Origin: Antedon mediterranea
Taxonomy: Eukaryota; Animalia; Echinodermata
Assembly: GCF_964355755.1 (NCBI RefSeq)
Contig: NC_092670.1
Span: forward strand, 32,724,388-32,788,387
Reading direction: 5' to 3'
DNA length: 64,000 nt
In this document: one piece after another, positions 51,279 to 63,898 of the stretch
Numbering within the stretch: the first letter of the stretch is position 1
How the letters are laid out: each line of letters begins with the position of its first letter
Made by a program: the position numbers and the translations under genes
The notes under the pieces: model-generated
The model's database searches: none
Seen by the model: the letters and a program-made list of their open reading frames with translations, nothing else
Told to the model about the DNA's origin: nothing

Positions 51279-53438
51279 AAACTGTATTTCGCATTGCAAA
51301 CCTTCAAACAATACAAATAAAAATAAAATTTCTAACATCATCTTTAATTGTACTTGAAGTATAATTGTAAATTATATGTAACACAATTTCTATTTCTTTT
51401 TATGATAGGCATCATAATGTATATAATAATTATTGAGTAATTTTCGTACCGTACTAAAACAAGATGCGAAAATGCATTGATGCATAAACTTAGGAAGAAC
51501 AGTTCGTGCTTATGAAATGTAATTATGACAGTGGGACAGCCAGTCGACAAATCGTGTCAAATTTCGACTCGGAGAGGGCGCCCTACTTTTCTAATTTGGT
51601 TCAAAATTGCTAAATTTTAGGGTGTTGGAAAAACACAATATTTGTAAATTTAGCTGATTATCGGAAAAATGTTGTTAGTGAAATAAATTCATAAATGGTT
51701 TTAATATATTGTCATGTAAAATTAAATGTATTTGAACAAAACGATAATCTGTAATTTAACGGCAAAATCAACCAATGTCTTTTTTCCGAAATTGTACCCT
51801 AGAAAATCGTTAAAATAAAATATTTAGAAAAATTGAACAGTCCTGAATTTATAATCCCTGTTAGAAAAATTAATAATCTACAGAATACGATATTAAGATA
51901 CAAAATTCGGTGGTTGGGATGCAGCTCCGACTATTCAAACTAAAGGTACCACTATTTGTTCCATCGAAAACTAGCGAAACCGCCATTTTGTAAACACATC
52001 GTCATCGTGTTTATGAATTTATTTATAGCGAACGATATACGCGATGTTTATAATTGTCCGCGTATAAGAATTCATATAAATAATACATTCCAATGCAACG
52101 TATATTACTGTATTACTTGTTTATTTATCACAGTATACATTTTAGTTGAGGAATATTTTCATAACTATTATAATAGCTTTTATACGAGTCCGAGGCCTAG
52201 CCCTATTAGCGAGCGATTGTTCAAGGGGCGGAAAGTCACTTAGTGACGTTGTGATCGGGCGCGTCGGGCCTAGCTAATATTAAAAATATTACCTGAAATA
52301 AGCGGCTAACAAGAACTGTTATATACTTGCTTACAATTGTTTTGTTATTGATGAACAAACAAGCAATTAGATTGAATAACAAATTATTTATTCATTTTTT
52401 TGGGTAAAAACATGTACAAACTAGTAGTAGTACTGTATAATATAAATTAATAGTAATATTAAACTAATAATAAATAATATTAATACTGATTGAAAAAAGG
52501 GATTTTTTGGGGCGGGGGATCAGATCACCAGGCTAGGCCGGCCAGGACCAATGATACTCGTAATCAGTAAAACTTAACGACTATCGGATCAGCATCAACA
52601 CAGTACAACACACGTCTCGCTATATCGCCTATACTGACACACGTTTCTCGCGTTGCCGAAACCACGCTCACAGCTAGAAAATGTACCTACCTTTCGAGGC
52701 CTGAGAATACACCAATGAATTTTGAACAGGATAGAAATATATCATACTCGATTAAACTAATATTATTCTTGATAAAACAATTGATTATAATTTGTTTAAT
52801 TTGTTGGGATGCACCTCCGACTATTCAGAAAATGGACAACAAAACAGTAGTCAAATCGTACCACATTTATAAATTTCACGAGTCCCGACTTTAGTCGCCG
52901 AATGTATTGTATTAGCTTCGGTTTCTTTGAAGGAAACCGATTGGTTATTCAATTATACTTATTAGGAAATGCTTTTACCATAATAGGTAATGTTGGGCGG
53001 TTCTTAAATATTCATGAGAGCTTAAAATAAAACAGCACTTATTTGCTAGGCGACGAAAAATCATGGTTTCAGTTTTCAACGATAGGTGGCGCTTCAAAAT
53101 CGTCAATGCGGAAGTAAGTCGATTTTACACGATTTAACGGTCAAAACGCGAAGTGGCTTTCCCACTGATGATGTTGTGGTAAATAAAAAGGAAAAATACA
53201 GTTAACGAATCTAACTTTATTTGATATATACTATAACTTAATTATCAATTAATTAGGCCTATAATTATTTTGAAAACATATTGTAACAATGGAATGGAAT
53301 AGTTAACAGAAATAATATAATAAAAAAACTTGAGATGAAATGAAAACCTATTTATATAAAATTCTGTGTACAATTCAATACCGTATCAACCACTAATAGA
53401 TAAGGTCGGAGTAGATGAATTCTTACGATATTAGGAGA

Positions 53439-55343
53439 ATGTTGTACAAAATCTATAACGGAAAAGTGCACAAATGTACAATCATGTACATCATGTTAAT
53501 GTGGGTAAGTAAATATATAATGTAGTACACCAATAGAAACAGGAGATTATAGGAAATTTTGCTTCAAGACAAACATTAAATCAAAAAAAAATTTTAAAAA
53601 TCAATAGGAACGGCACTTTTCCTCGAAAATGGTAATGCTGATTTATTTTTTAAATATATATTATTAATTATGTTCCAGAAAATAGATTTTGATGTTAACA
53701 CGGAAAGATGAAAATAAAATGAAGAAAAGTAGGATTATTAATGATATTTCTATAACAATTAAACCTTTCTTTATCATTTTTTTTTTATATTTCTGTCCTA
53801 TTTCTTTTATTTTTAGGGATTAGTAATGGACCAGAGATCTTATCAAAACCCAGAAGCTCATTTAATTAGCAAAATATTCTGCCCCGTAAACCTTACGTTG
53901 GTGAAATTATCCGAAGAACATAAATGCGTTAAAATTGTAGAAAAAAATAAATGTATCATATATAAAAAGAATAATAAGACCTATGAAGCAACAACCATCA
54001 ATAAAAATATTCAACAAGAAATTATGAGAGTTCAAGATACGGCTATCGACAGTATTCAAGAAGAAACAACGACAGCTAAAGATCCGACCATCGACAATAT
54101 CAACAAGGACACGACTAAGGCTATAGCAACGGCTATTGGCAACATCCAAGATGAAACGACAACATTTGAAGATGCGACAATCGACAGCATGCACGTGGGA
54201 ACGACGACAGTTGAAAACACGACCGTTAAAAACCTGCATATAGGAACGACGGTAGTTGAAAATTCGACCATCGACAATATCAACAAAGACACGACTAGCG
54301 CTAACGCAATGGCCACTGGCAACATCCGAGATGTGACAATAACAGACAAAGATACGACAATCTACAGCATGCATGTAGAAACGACGACAGTTGAAAATAC
54401 GACCATTAACAGTATCAACAAGGAAACGACTACCGCTAAAGCAACGGCCATTGGCAACATCCGAGATGAAACGACAACAGTTGAAGATACGACAATCGAC
54501 AGCATGCTTGCAGAAACTACGCCATTTGAAAATACAGCAACCAACATGGATGTAGAAACGACGAGAGTTAATGATCCAACTACTGACAACATGGATGTAC
54601 AAACGATGACAGCTGAAGACTCTGCCCAAGCAAGCAATCAAAATGTCGGTATTGATGATGATACTTATGATTATGATTTCAATTCATTTCTTATCTCATA
54701 TTACGAGTTCGAAGGCAATATTGCAGACACATCAGGAAATGGAAACAGTGCCTCGGTTTCCATCGATTTTGCTATGAGTTTTTTCGTTGGTGTTATTGGT
54801 GAAGGAATTGCATTCAAAAATGGTAATCAGTATCAAATCGATTTTAGAACTATCAATTATTCTCAACTCAGACTAGGATTTACCATAAGCATCTGGTTTC
54901 TTCATTTTAACGGCAACAACAACAAACAGCAAAGCATTATTAGTAATGGATGTGAGACAGGCTGGGGAATTGAAACCATGAAAAAGCAAAACGAGCTTGT
55001 TGTTTCTTTCTTTCTTAACGGGGTACTTGCATGTCAGCAAAGCATTGGTGGAGTCGATTTATGGCACCATATACTTGTTACATATGCTAATCAACAGTTT
55101 GAAATGTACATTGACGGTCGAAGTCAAAGTTGCTACATATGTTGTCACATTTTAGTTGAACAGTCCATTATCTCGGTAGCTCGACAATGTTCCTCGTACT
55201 TCAATGGTGTTATAGATGAACTAAAAATATTTAACACAACATTATCGAGAGAGCAAATCTATACTCTATATGAAACAACTGTATCAAATGATGGGTGGGT
55301 TTTGTATGACGACTATGGTTACCTGTACTTTGATACCGAATAG
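53439..55343 (+). CDS. LamG-family copy H, intact and divergent, 15-aa-repeat Thr-rich stalk; exon1 53439-53504, exon2 53817-55343
   Basis: MLYKIYNGKVHKCTIMYIMLMW|gtaagt...ttttag|GGA in frame. CPVNLTLVKLSEEHKCVKIVEKNKC, then YYEFEGNIADTSGNGN, FTISIWF, WHHILVTY, FNGVIDELKIFN. Confidence 0.88.
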
Positions 55344-56006
55344 CTATAGGGCTTTCCAATCTTTTATCGTTGACTGGATTTACCTTCAATTGTATTAAAA
55401 ATCTATGAAGTTTATAAGGTTTGGCTATTAGTATTAAATAATAGATAAATAATGTACAGTGATGTGATGATGAGATCTAGAAAGCTTTTGATTTCAACCT
55501 AGGACCTAGAACTTATGACGTCATATGGAAGTACTATTTGATCTAACCACACACACAAGCACAAGGCCATACAAATAAGCAGCTGTACCAAAGATACTGG
55601 GCAAATATTGTAGTATGTGGAGATACAACACTGGGATTTGGATATAGATCCTATATTGCAGACATTTTCAAAACTTCGCAAATCAAAAACATACTGTTGA
55701 GAAAAGGAATTTTATATAAACTGCAATATTAATAATGAGAAATTAGAAATGTGTATTAAGCATTTTTGAACAATTTAATAAGAACAGAAGGTCATAGTTT
55801 GCACGCAATAGAGCAGTCAGCATCCGAGATACTTTCCTTTTTGAAGATGAAATATAATTATTCATTATAATTCAATTACATCATTTAAAAAAAAAATCTA
55901 TAAACGTTGACGTTGATGCATGCTAAAAATTAATTAAATTAACTTTTTGATAAATTAAAACGTTGAGCAATGATAGAGACAAAGAAACTTGATATCCATA
56001 TTAGAG

Positions 56007-56320
56007 TGAGTGAGTGGCCGAGCGGTTAAGACAGTGGAACCGTAATCACGTAGCCATAACATCGGCAGGGGTTCGAGGCTCACTCACTCCATGGTTCTGG
56101 TGGTAGAACGAGTCTTCTCGGATAAGGACTATAAACCGTAGGTCCAGTGTACACAACTTGCTCGTGTGCACTTTAAAGAACCTAGTACATCTTTCGAGAC
56201 GAGTAGGGGGTTACCCCGGTGTACTAGTACATCACAGCCACTGATCACCAACTGGGCCCTCTGGGAGATCAGTCTTTGACTGAAGAGGTCACCCAGTATA
56301 AAGATAAAACAAACAAATAT
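56007..56320 (+). mobile_element. tRNA-derived SINE with Deu/Nin-type core
   Basis: A box tggccgagcgg and B box ggttcgagg. Core ggataaggactataaaccgtaggtcc...ttaaagaacc...gagtagggggttaccccggtgt. (aaac)n tail. Confidence 0.8.
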
Positions 56321-56488
56321 TAAATACAATAAAACATTTAGAAATATTAATAAATAAACTCAAATTGTGGAGGTTTTTGTTTTAATAAAACGATGTACAA
56401 TTCAATAAGGATACCAATTTTCAAAACAGAGTCATATAGCTTGCACGCAATACCACTGTCAGACATTAAAAAAAAAATACAAAACAGA

Positions 56489-56810
56489 ATGGTGTCCAAT
56501 ATTAATAACAGAAATGTACGAAAATGTACATTGATTCATATCATATTAATGTGGGTAAGTAAAGAATTGTATTCATATTGGAAATTAGATAATTATGAAT
56601 TTGAATCATTTTAATGGGCACATTCGTTCTTAACATTTGAAGAACAATATGTTGCATCGATAAGATTTCCAATGATAAATTCGGAAATGTTTGTAGGTCC
56701 ACAAAGTGATAATTGTCCTCCTAATTCGTTTAACATTATGGTAGATGAATCGTATATATTCAATAGTTGTATACCAATAGATTTTATTCAAGATCTATAC
56801 GAGATTTGTA
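56489..56810 (+). pseudogene. LamG-family copy I: exon 1 joined by deletion to the last LamG strands
   Basis: MVSNINNRNVRKCTLIHIILMW|gtaagt at 56489-56554, then FPMINSEMFVGPQSDNC...VDESYIFNSCIP at 56665-56800. Confidence 0.8.
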
Positions 56811-57107
56811 ATCTCGGAAATTAACTATAACAGGATATCTGATGAACTTCTCAGATACCAAGATTTTGTACTGCAGAGGAGATGAAATTGAGCATGTGGA
56901 CAGATTTCACCAGCTTCTTTTATTTACTTCTTATGATACTGTTGGCCTTAAGGAAATTCCTTTATGTATTAATTCTTATTTATGTGAGATATTGAGAAGA
57001 TTATTTCGGTGCAATCAACAGTAGTAGCCTACTTTTTTAGGTACCGGTACCTAAATGAATGAATTAAGAAATATAGAAAATTTACACTGGTTGGAGATGC
57101 ACTCTAA

Positions 57108-58764
57108 TACCCCTTTCACACTAAAAGCAAAACTGCGGAGACACTCCGGAGTTGGTGTTTTGGTGTTAAAATATAAATATTATCTATATATAAATTTACG
57201 TAAGGGCAAAATTCGGTAAATCGCGCCTTACTTCTAGAATTTTTACTCGATGGTATATAAAGTTGGTTCGTACTTTCGGTACTGATTTTAACCACCTGAT
57301 GTAACCCTGTTTACTAATTAAATTAAGTTAGATAATTAGTTATTGACGATTAAAACGAATTTAGGTTCAACGATTTGCCCCAAATAGGGGTGTTTTCCGA
57401 TCGTTGTATACACTGCTAATGGATGTCCGTCTTGAAAAATACCCGCAGACAATAATACGAGGATGCTTCGCATTTTCCTATCTCCTCCTACGATAATTGT
57501 TTTTAATGGCTGAAAACCGGTTGAACAGCTCGAGTATAGCATCATAATGTTGAAGACAGGCCGATTTTCTTTAAAAAATACTATTTTGATAGATTTAATA
57601 TACGTTTATACAAATGTATTGATTTGCGATGAATGGAACATTCCAATCTCTGTTCCACAAGTGTCTATTCCCTCAGGCGTCGTAAAGGCAAGTACAGGTA
57701 CTGTATACTCATAACAGAAATTCGATCCATTTTTGTTTCAATCTGTGCTGCAGAGGTTGGATATAAATTTTTTTTAAACGGATAATGAGCTAGCGTTTTC
57801 ACTCGCCGTATATTATGTACACATCTTTATTATTAAAGTACATCACATGCCCTAAACGCAGAACAACTTTGGTGGGTAGGGGGTGGGTAGGAACCAACTT
57901 AAGTATGAATTTGCTCTAAGAAACAATTGAAAACCATTAGGCCTACTAATTAAGTTGAGTTAGATAATTTAATATTTATTGACGATTAAATCGAATTTAT
58001 GATTTTCCCCGAATAGAGGTGGTTTTCACAAATTGTTTTACATTATATAAACATATATACGTCGTAGTGATGTATCGTTACATGTACTGTACGATTTCAA
58101 TCGACTATGACGGTGATAGTTTCAACAAAGTATTAAATCGCAATGTTTTACTGTGTTTAGTGGTATATTATTTGTAAAACATGAAAACAATTAATATTTC
58201 GTTAATAAATGGGTAAAGAATATATTTAAAAATTGTTCTTCTTTGCACCCATCCTCTTCCCCATCCCTCAACCCAAATGTTACATACAAACCACAATTTA
58301 AGTTTGTTTAAATTTGACTTAAACAATTGGTCTCATTTTGTGACAAGTTTATCTTTCGGAAGTAATTCCCAGGGTACTAATTTTACAGTACATAAATCAC
58401 AGTGTCTATCTATTCGTTCCTGTAAACGACATGTATTATTGTCCTGCGGTACGTATACATTTGAAATCGCCAGTTTTTTTAACGCTGAAATTATTATGTA
58501 TTCGAGAACCATCTGTGGGCACGACCTAGATGGTACGCGAGCGAAGCGAGCGTACCATCTAGTCAATTAAAATGATTCTTAAGATCGTCGCTATGTAAAC
58601 CAATAAAATAGAGGCCGGTATTTTCTATTTTATTAAAAAAAACCTGGTGTTGCTAGGGTTGGTGTGAATGGGATATCTCAGGAGTTTCTCAGCGTTTTGA
58701 ATTTCCACAAACCCCGGAGTAGTATCTCCGGAGATCATTGCGAAGTTTTGGTGTGAATGGGGTA
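57108..58764. mobile_element. PIF/Harbinger-type MITE interrupted by a Helitron
   Basis: TIR tacccctttcacactaaaa / ttttggtgtgaatggggta, flanked by TAA at 57105-57107 and 58765-58767. Confidence 0.8.
57183..58562 (+). mobile_element. Complete non-autonomous Helitron
   Basis: A|TC start, GC-rich terminal hairpin acgcgagcgaagcgagcgt, CTAG|T end, no TSD. Confidence 0.85.
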
Positions 58765-59352
58765 TAAGTGAACACAATATGATTAATAATATATAAGTCT
58801 GTTTAGTTTAGTACAAAGAAGTAATGCGGTACGTAAGTAATATTAAAACATTTCGAGTAGGCCTACAATTCCAGTCATTTTGGTCGACCGATTAAAAAAG
58901 AAATTATCAATCAATAATTATATAATTAATAGTATATATCGTATTGCACAAAATACATAATTATAATCAATTGCAAATTAGATAGTAAATTACTTCAGAG
59001 GAAGTCAGGATTTTATATACAATGTTCGAATCAAACTGAACAATGTACCTTTACAATTATAATATTGAAGACTGTACTTTTGTATATACAACAATATCCA
59101 ACGTTAATAGCTCTAGACAAATGTACTACATATTATATTGCAAACAATTTGATTTGTAAATTTGTAAAGTCATGCATGATTTAATAATCTTGAATTAGGA
59201 ACGTTAATTTAATATTATCACATGGTATAAGTGTAACGGATGATGATGATCGACCTAAGTGCAATTGTGAGTAAAGATTCTGTACAAGTACAAGACTCCA
59301 CGGAATAGTTGTAGACTGAGATTTGAAAGAAGATAGATTTGAAGATAGCAGA

Positions 59353-60559
59353 ATGTTATGTATAAATAGTACTGAAATTCTACGAAAACGTACATTAAGT
59401 CACGTCATAATAATGTTGGTAAGTACAATGTCAAAGTATTTATAGACTAGGATAATGTTAAACTATTACAGGGTTGGAAGTGGAAGTAGCATTGAGTACT
59501 TTTTGGCCGAAAAAAAAACAAAACCACAGCATTGACATGATTCTTATTCTACTTCTTTAGATTACTGTTTAGGCTTTATATAATGATCGTATTGTTTTTT
59601 TTTTATAATCATTTCTTTTTTTTGTTTTCAATATTTCATATATCAAATGGAATGAATTATAACAATGTTAATATTTTCCCTTTTTCGGTATTTTCATACA
59701 TATTATTAAAAAATATGTTTTCAGAATTAATAATTGTATTTATCGATATGTTTTTAATAGACAATTCTTGCAGTTCAGCGAAGTTACCTAGCGGATTGTA
59801 GGAATATCAGCGCATGCCCAGTCAACCAGACACTAGTCAAAGCTTCAGACGGATACAGTTGTGTCACGCTTTTAGTAAAAAATAAGTGTTTCAGATATAG
59901 TAAAAACATGACAAATACTGTTAATAATTTATCTAACCGAACGAAAACTGCTACTGAAATAATACATGATGGTATTTTGGCTCACTTCGCATTTGAAGGT
60001 AATACATTGGCAAGCTCAGTTGACACAGAAATCTACGGTGCCATGGGCGGTTCTGGAATTACCTTTGCACATGGATTTTTTAACCTAGGAATTGTTTTTA
60101 CAGGCAATCAGAGAATGATGTTTGCATTGGAGGATTTGGATTTTGAATTTTCTGTCAGTTTTTGGTTTCATCATGTAGGTGATGATGGAAATCAAGTTAT
60201 CATAAACAATGGGTGTGGTAGTGCTCACTGGCAAATAATATCATATTCAACAAATATGGTTATGGTTGTATTTACCGATAATAATTTATTATCTGGAACT
60301 GTCCTTGGTTTTGTTAAAGAACTCCAAGAATGGCATCATGTACTTATGACGTGTAATGGCTTTTTGATGTCCGTGTACATAGACGGCGTAATGGCAGGTG
60401 ATGTTTATTTTAACCTTCCAGTCATGAGTTCTGATATTTTCGTTGGTCAAACATGACTGTTCCGATTCCAGTGATCCATTTAATGGTATGATAGATGAAT
60501 TGTTAATATTTAATAGCTCTATACCCATAAACGTAATTCAAACCTTGTATCAGATCTAA
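59353..60559 (+). pseudogene. LamG-family copy J, stalkless; exon1 59353-59418, exon2 59761-60559 with one frameshift near 60454
   Basis: Exon1 ends IIML|gtaagt. Exon2 ACPVNQTLVKASDGYSCV..KNKC is in frame with ORF 59908. The last strand FNGMIDELLIFN lies in another frame after GQT*. Confidence 0.75.
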
Positions 60560-62134
60560 AAATGATTAAAGTCAATGTTACAATGTATCAACTAGTGTGC
60601 CTGGGCTGGCTAATCGCAATATATATTTTATATTTATTATTATTATGATTATGAACATATATATATAAAAATATATTTTATATTTATTTATATATATATG
60701 TTCATAATCAGTGTACCATGTCCCGCATGCGATTTTTTTTTTCGTACATAAGTTGGGGACCCCCTCATGAAACGTCACAAAATAAACATGAATAATTCAT
60801 CAGTTAAATTTGTTGTTCCGTGTGCACCCAAGCGTATAGCAACAAGAAGCGATTACACAACTGCGATACGATACTTTCTACAGTAGGCCTAGGTTAGGAT
60901 TCTAAGTCAATTCACGCGATTGCCTTCGCGCACTCTTCTTCACACAAAATGTGTCGAGTCGACGCTAATCGACAGCTAGGCAAGACATTAAACTAAGTAG
61001 TAATTCATTGGACATAGCCCAAAGAAAGCTTAGACCCACAAGAATAAAGAATGTGTATAATTTGTGTACTGTATTTTTTTTAAATTCTGCTATTTTATTA
61101 TCAAACAATGCATGTACTCAAAGGAACTTTAAAAATGCGCGTATATGAAAACATGAGATGGGAAGATTAGACCCACGAGAATAAAAAATGTATTTTTGTG
61201 TAATGTTTATTGTTTAATTTTGCTGACTTATTACTCGGATTGTGTCATACCTATAACACACACACACACACACACACACACAGCTCTACTAGAATAGACA
61301 TATGTCTAGAGACTAATAATTAGGCCTAGGCCTAATAGTATTAATAGAAACTATAATTTTAACACGTAATTCTTTAGTAAATTATATTAAAAACACTATC
61401 ATAAACTAAAGGCTGATTATTTCGACAATCCACACAAAACGCCGCTATTCTTCTATGAAACAACAACAACAGCGCGGAGATAGGCCTAGTAGGCCTTACG
61501 GCGAAGCTGAAATGATGCCTGGAAAAGCAATCCCGTTCCTCATCAAGCATAATACTTTTTTACTACATATACTGTTCTAAATAAATACTAATTTAGTACA
61601 AAAAGTAAAAGTTCCACAAAAAAATACCTGGCGTTTGGTAGAAAATTACCGTTAAAGTTGGTAAATATGCCAACGATTTCTTACGAAATAGCGAGGCTGA
61701 AACAACTGGTGGCGCACTATAACTAGACTGTACTATTATTATCACGGTTTATAAGAAATATATAGGCAAGTTATTTATTATCAAAATAGATTTATTCTTT
61801 ATTTTTTTAAATAAATTTGGTGAATACAAATTTATATTAACTCTAAAATTGAAATTTAGAGTTAATAATTATCCCCCGACATTAAAACATTTATAATTAC
61901 AAATGGCTTCAACTGTTCGTATAATGGTTTCTCCCGACAGGTAGGCTATTAATAGCAGTAGAAATACAGCAGCAATATTATGCGAAGTTTATACCGTAGG
62001 ATGTACATAGTGACTGATATGATTTAACTGTGAAACATATAGAACACATATTCCTAGTAATAAACACCAATGCAATAGTAAATTTAAATTATTAAATAAA
62101 ATACAAACATCAAATATTTGTTTTGTTTCAATGT

Positions 62135-62500
62135 AATTGTATTTATTCTCATGGTTAATATTTTTCTTTATATTCTCATGGTTACACAATTTCTTTTAAT
62201 GGTTACACAATTTCTTTATATTCTCATAGTTACTATTTTTCTTTATATTCTCATGGTTACAGTTTTTATTATTATATTCTCATGGTTAAATTATTTATTT
62301 ATATTCTCATGGTTACAGTTTTTATTATTATATTCTCGTGGTTACATTATTTATATTCTCATGGTTACAGTTTTTATTATTATATTCTCATGGTTATATT
62401 ATTTATTTATATTCTCATGGTTTCCATTTTGTTTTCATTTTTTTTAAATCTTTTTTTTTATTCACATGCTCACAGTTTCTGTTTGCATAACCATGGTTAG
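62135..62500. repeat. Irregular tandem array of tattctcatggtta motifs (probable transposon subterminal repeats)
   Basis: More than 10 copies at 20-30 bp spacing. Confidence 0.85.
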
Positions 62501-62559
62501 TGTTTCACATTGGTTATAGTGTAGGCCTATTACATTACAGTTACTTTTTATGATGATTT

Positions 62560-63898
62560 TGTTGCATTCAAAACCGTATAAACTATATTTCATATTCATC
62601 TTCCTTATAGTCTAATTCATCATCTTCAATGCCATAGTCTGGTGTGTCTTCTTTTTCTTCTCTTGTCCTGTTTTCACACTCATCTCATTCACACTCGAAC
62701 AGTTAATCCTAGAGCAAGTGACTTTGGAGTCTGCCTTCTTCCTTTCCAAGCAAGGTACAGGATGTCCTGGCTTATCGATAAAATTTTCGTTCGAGTTTCT
62801 TCAGTAACATCTGAAAATGAGGTTTGTATAGTATCTTCTGCAGCACCAACACACTTTGCGATTAGATTAAACAACTCATATGGCACAATTTCAGATATGT
62901 CAACATCATTAATGTCCGCTGCTCTTGGAGGCCATTCACTCTGCATACCTTTGTTTGATTTGATGGCATTATTTACTATCGTACCTGCAAGTACATTTTA
63001 TAGCATTGGGTGAATGAAACATAGTAATAATAAATTTATATAAAGCATATACTGTATTGTGTACAGCATTTATGATCGACACCACTTACTATCATAACAG
63101 TTTTGTTTTTTGAGTGTATACAGCTTTCACCTCTTTGATCCACAGCATTTCCTTAATTATGCAATAACATTTATTGTTGTTATTTAAAAATAAACCAATA
63201 TATACAAGTTATTGTATTTTAACCGTACCTGCAAAATATAGAGTCCTTAGTTTGTCTCTATTGTCACCATCAGTGGAGATTTCGTGTGTTGTAGAAGTAG
63301 TTGGAATATCTATGTCATACTTTGATGATTCATCTGTCTCCGTTGTACTTTTTCCTGATGACAAAAATGGATCAGCCACAAATCCAGGGGATACATTGCT
63401 AAAGTACACCAGAACTGATTCATTTCTAATTAAGAAAAAATAAATAAAATATTTAGTTTGACCAATCCACAAAAAGATTTTTTTTTTAAATTATCCCTGG
63501 TGAAATAATCATTTAATATAAACACACTAAGCAACTAACCTTCTTGTGGGTGAATAAAAAATTAGGTTAGGATAATCCATCCTGAGCTTCTTCTTCAACA
63601 CGTCTGATCTATAAATAACACATTAATTGATTATAATTAATTGTAACATAGATACAATGAAGAAATTATTACAGTAACTGGATCTCAAAATTATTTCATC
63701 GTTTTTAAGAAGGAATCGACAGCCTACCTTATAGTTGACAAGTAAACTTTTTCTGTTTTTTCAATTGATTTCATGAAAAGCTTTTGGAGTTTTGCGAGTC
63801 TTAGTATCTCCTGTCCATACTGTAACCGTTTATCAATTGCATCTCTGCAAAATACCTTATAGCTTTGCTTATATGTTAAAAAAACACTTTCCAATTCC
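62560..63898 (-). pseudogene. Spliced, internally deleted gene of an uncharacterised invertebrate transposon-like protein family
   Basis: Exons at about 63898-63728, 63608-63540, 63428-63229 and 62983-62690: FCRDAIDKRL..EILRL, LKKKLRMDYPNLIF, WPP, ILSISQDILY...GRRQTPKSLALGLTVR. Then an abrupt join to DECEN and an acidic tail. Confidence 0.6.

Noticed and set aside
51913-52826. 24-bp direct repeat gttgggatgca(g/c)ctccgactattca as LTR or TSD
   Set aside because: Too short for an LTR, too long for a usual TSD and no coding interior. The region is probably transposon-derived but boundaries cannot be supported.
62118-62500. Hydrophobic ORFs resembling membrane proteins
   Set aside because: They are translations of the T-rich tandem array.
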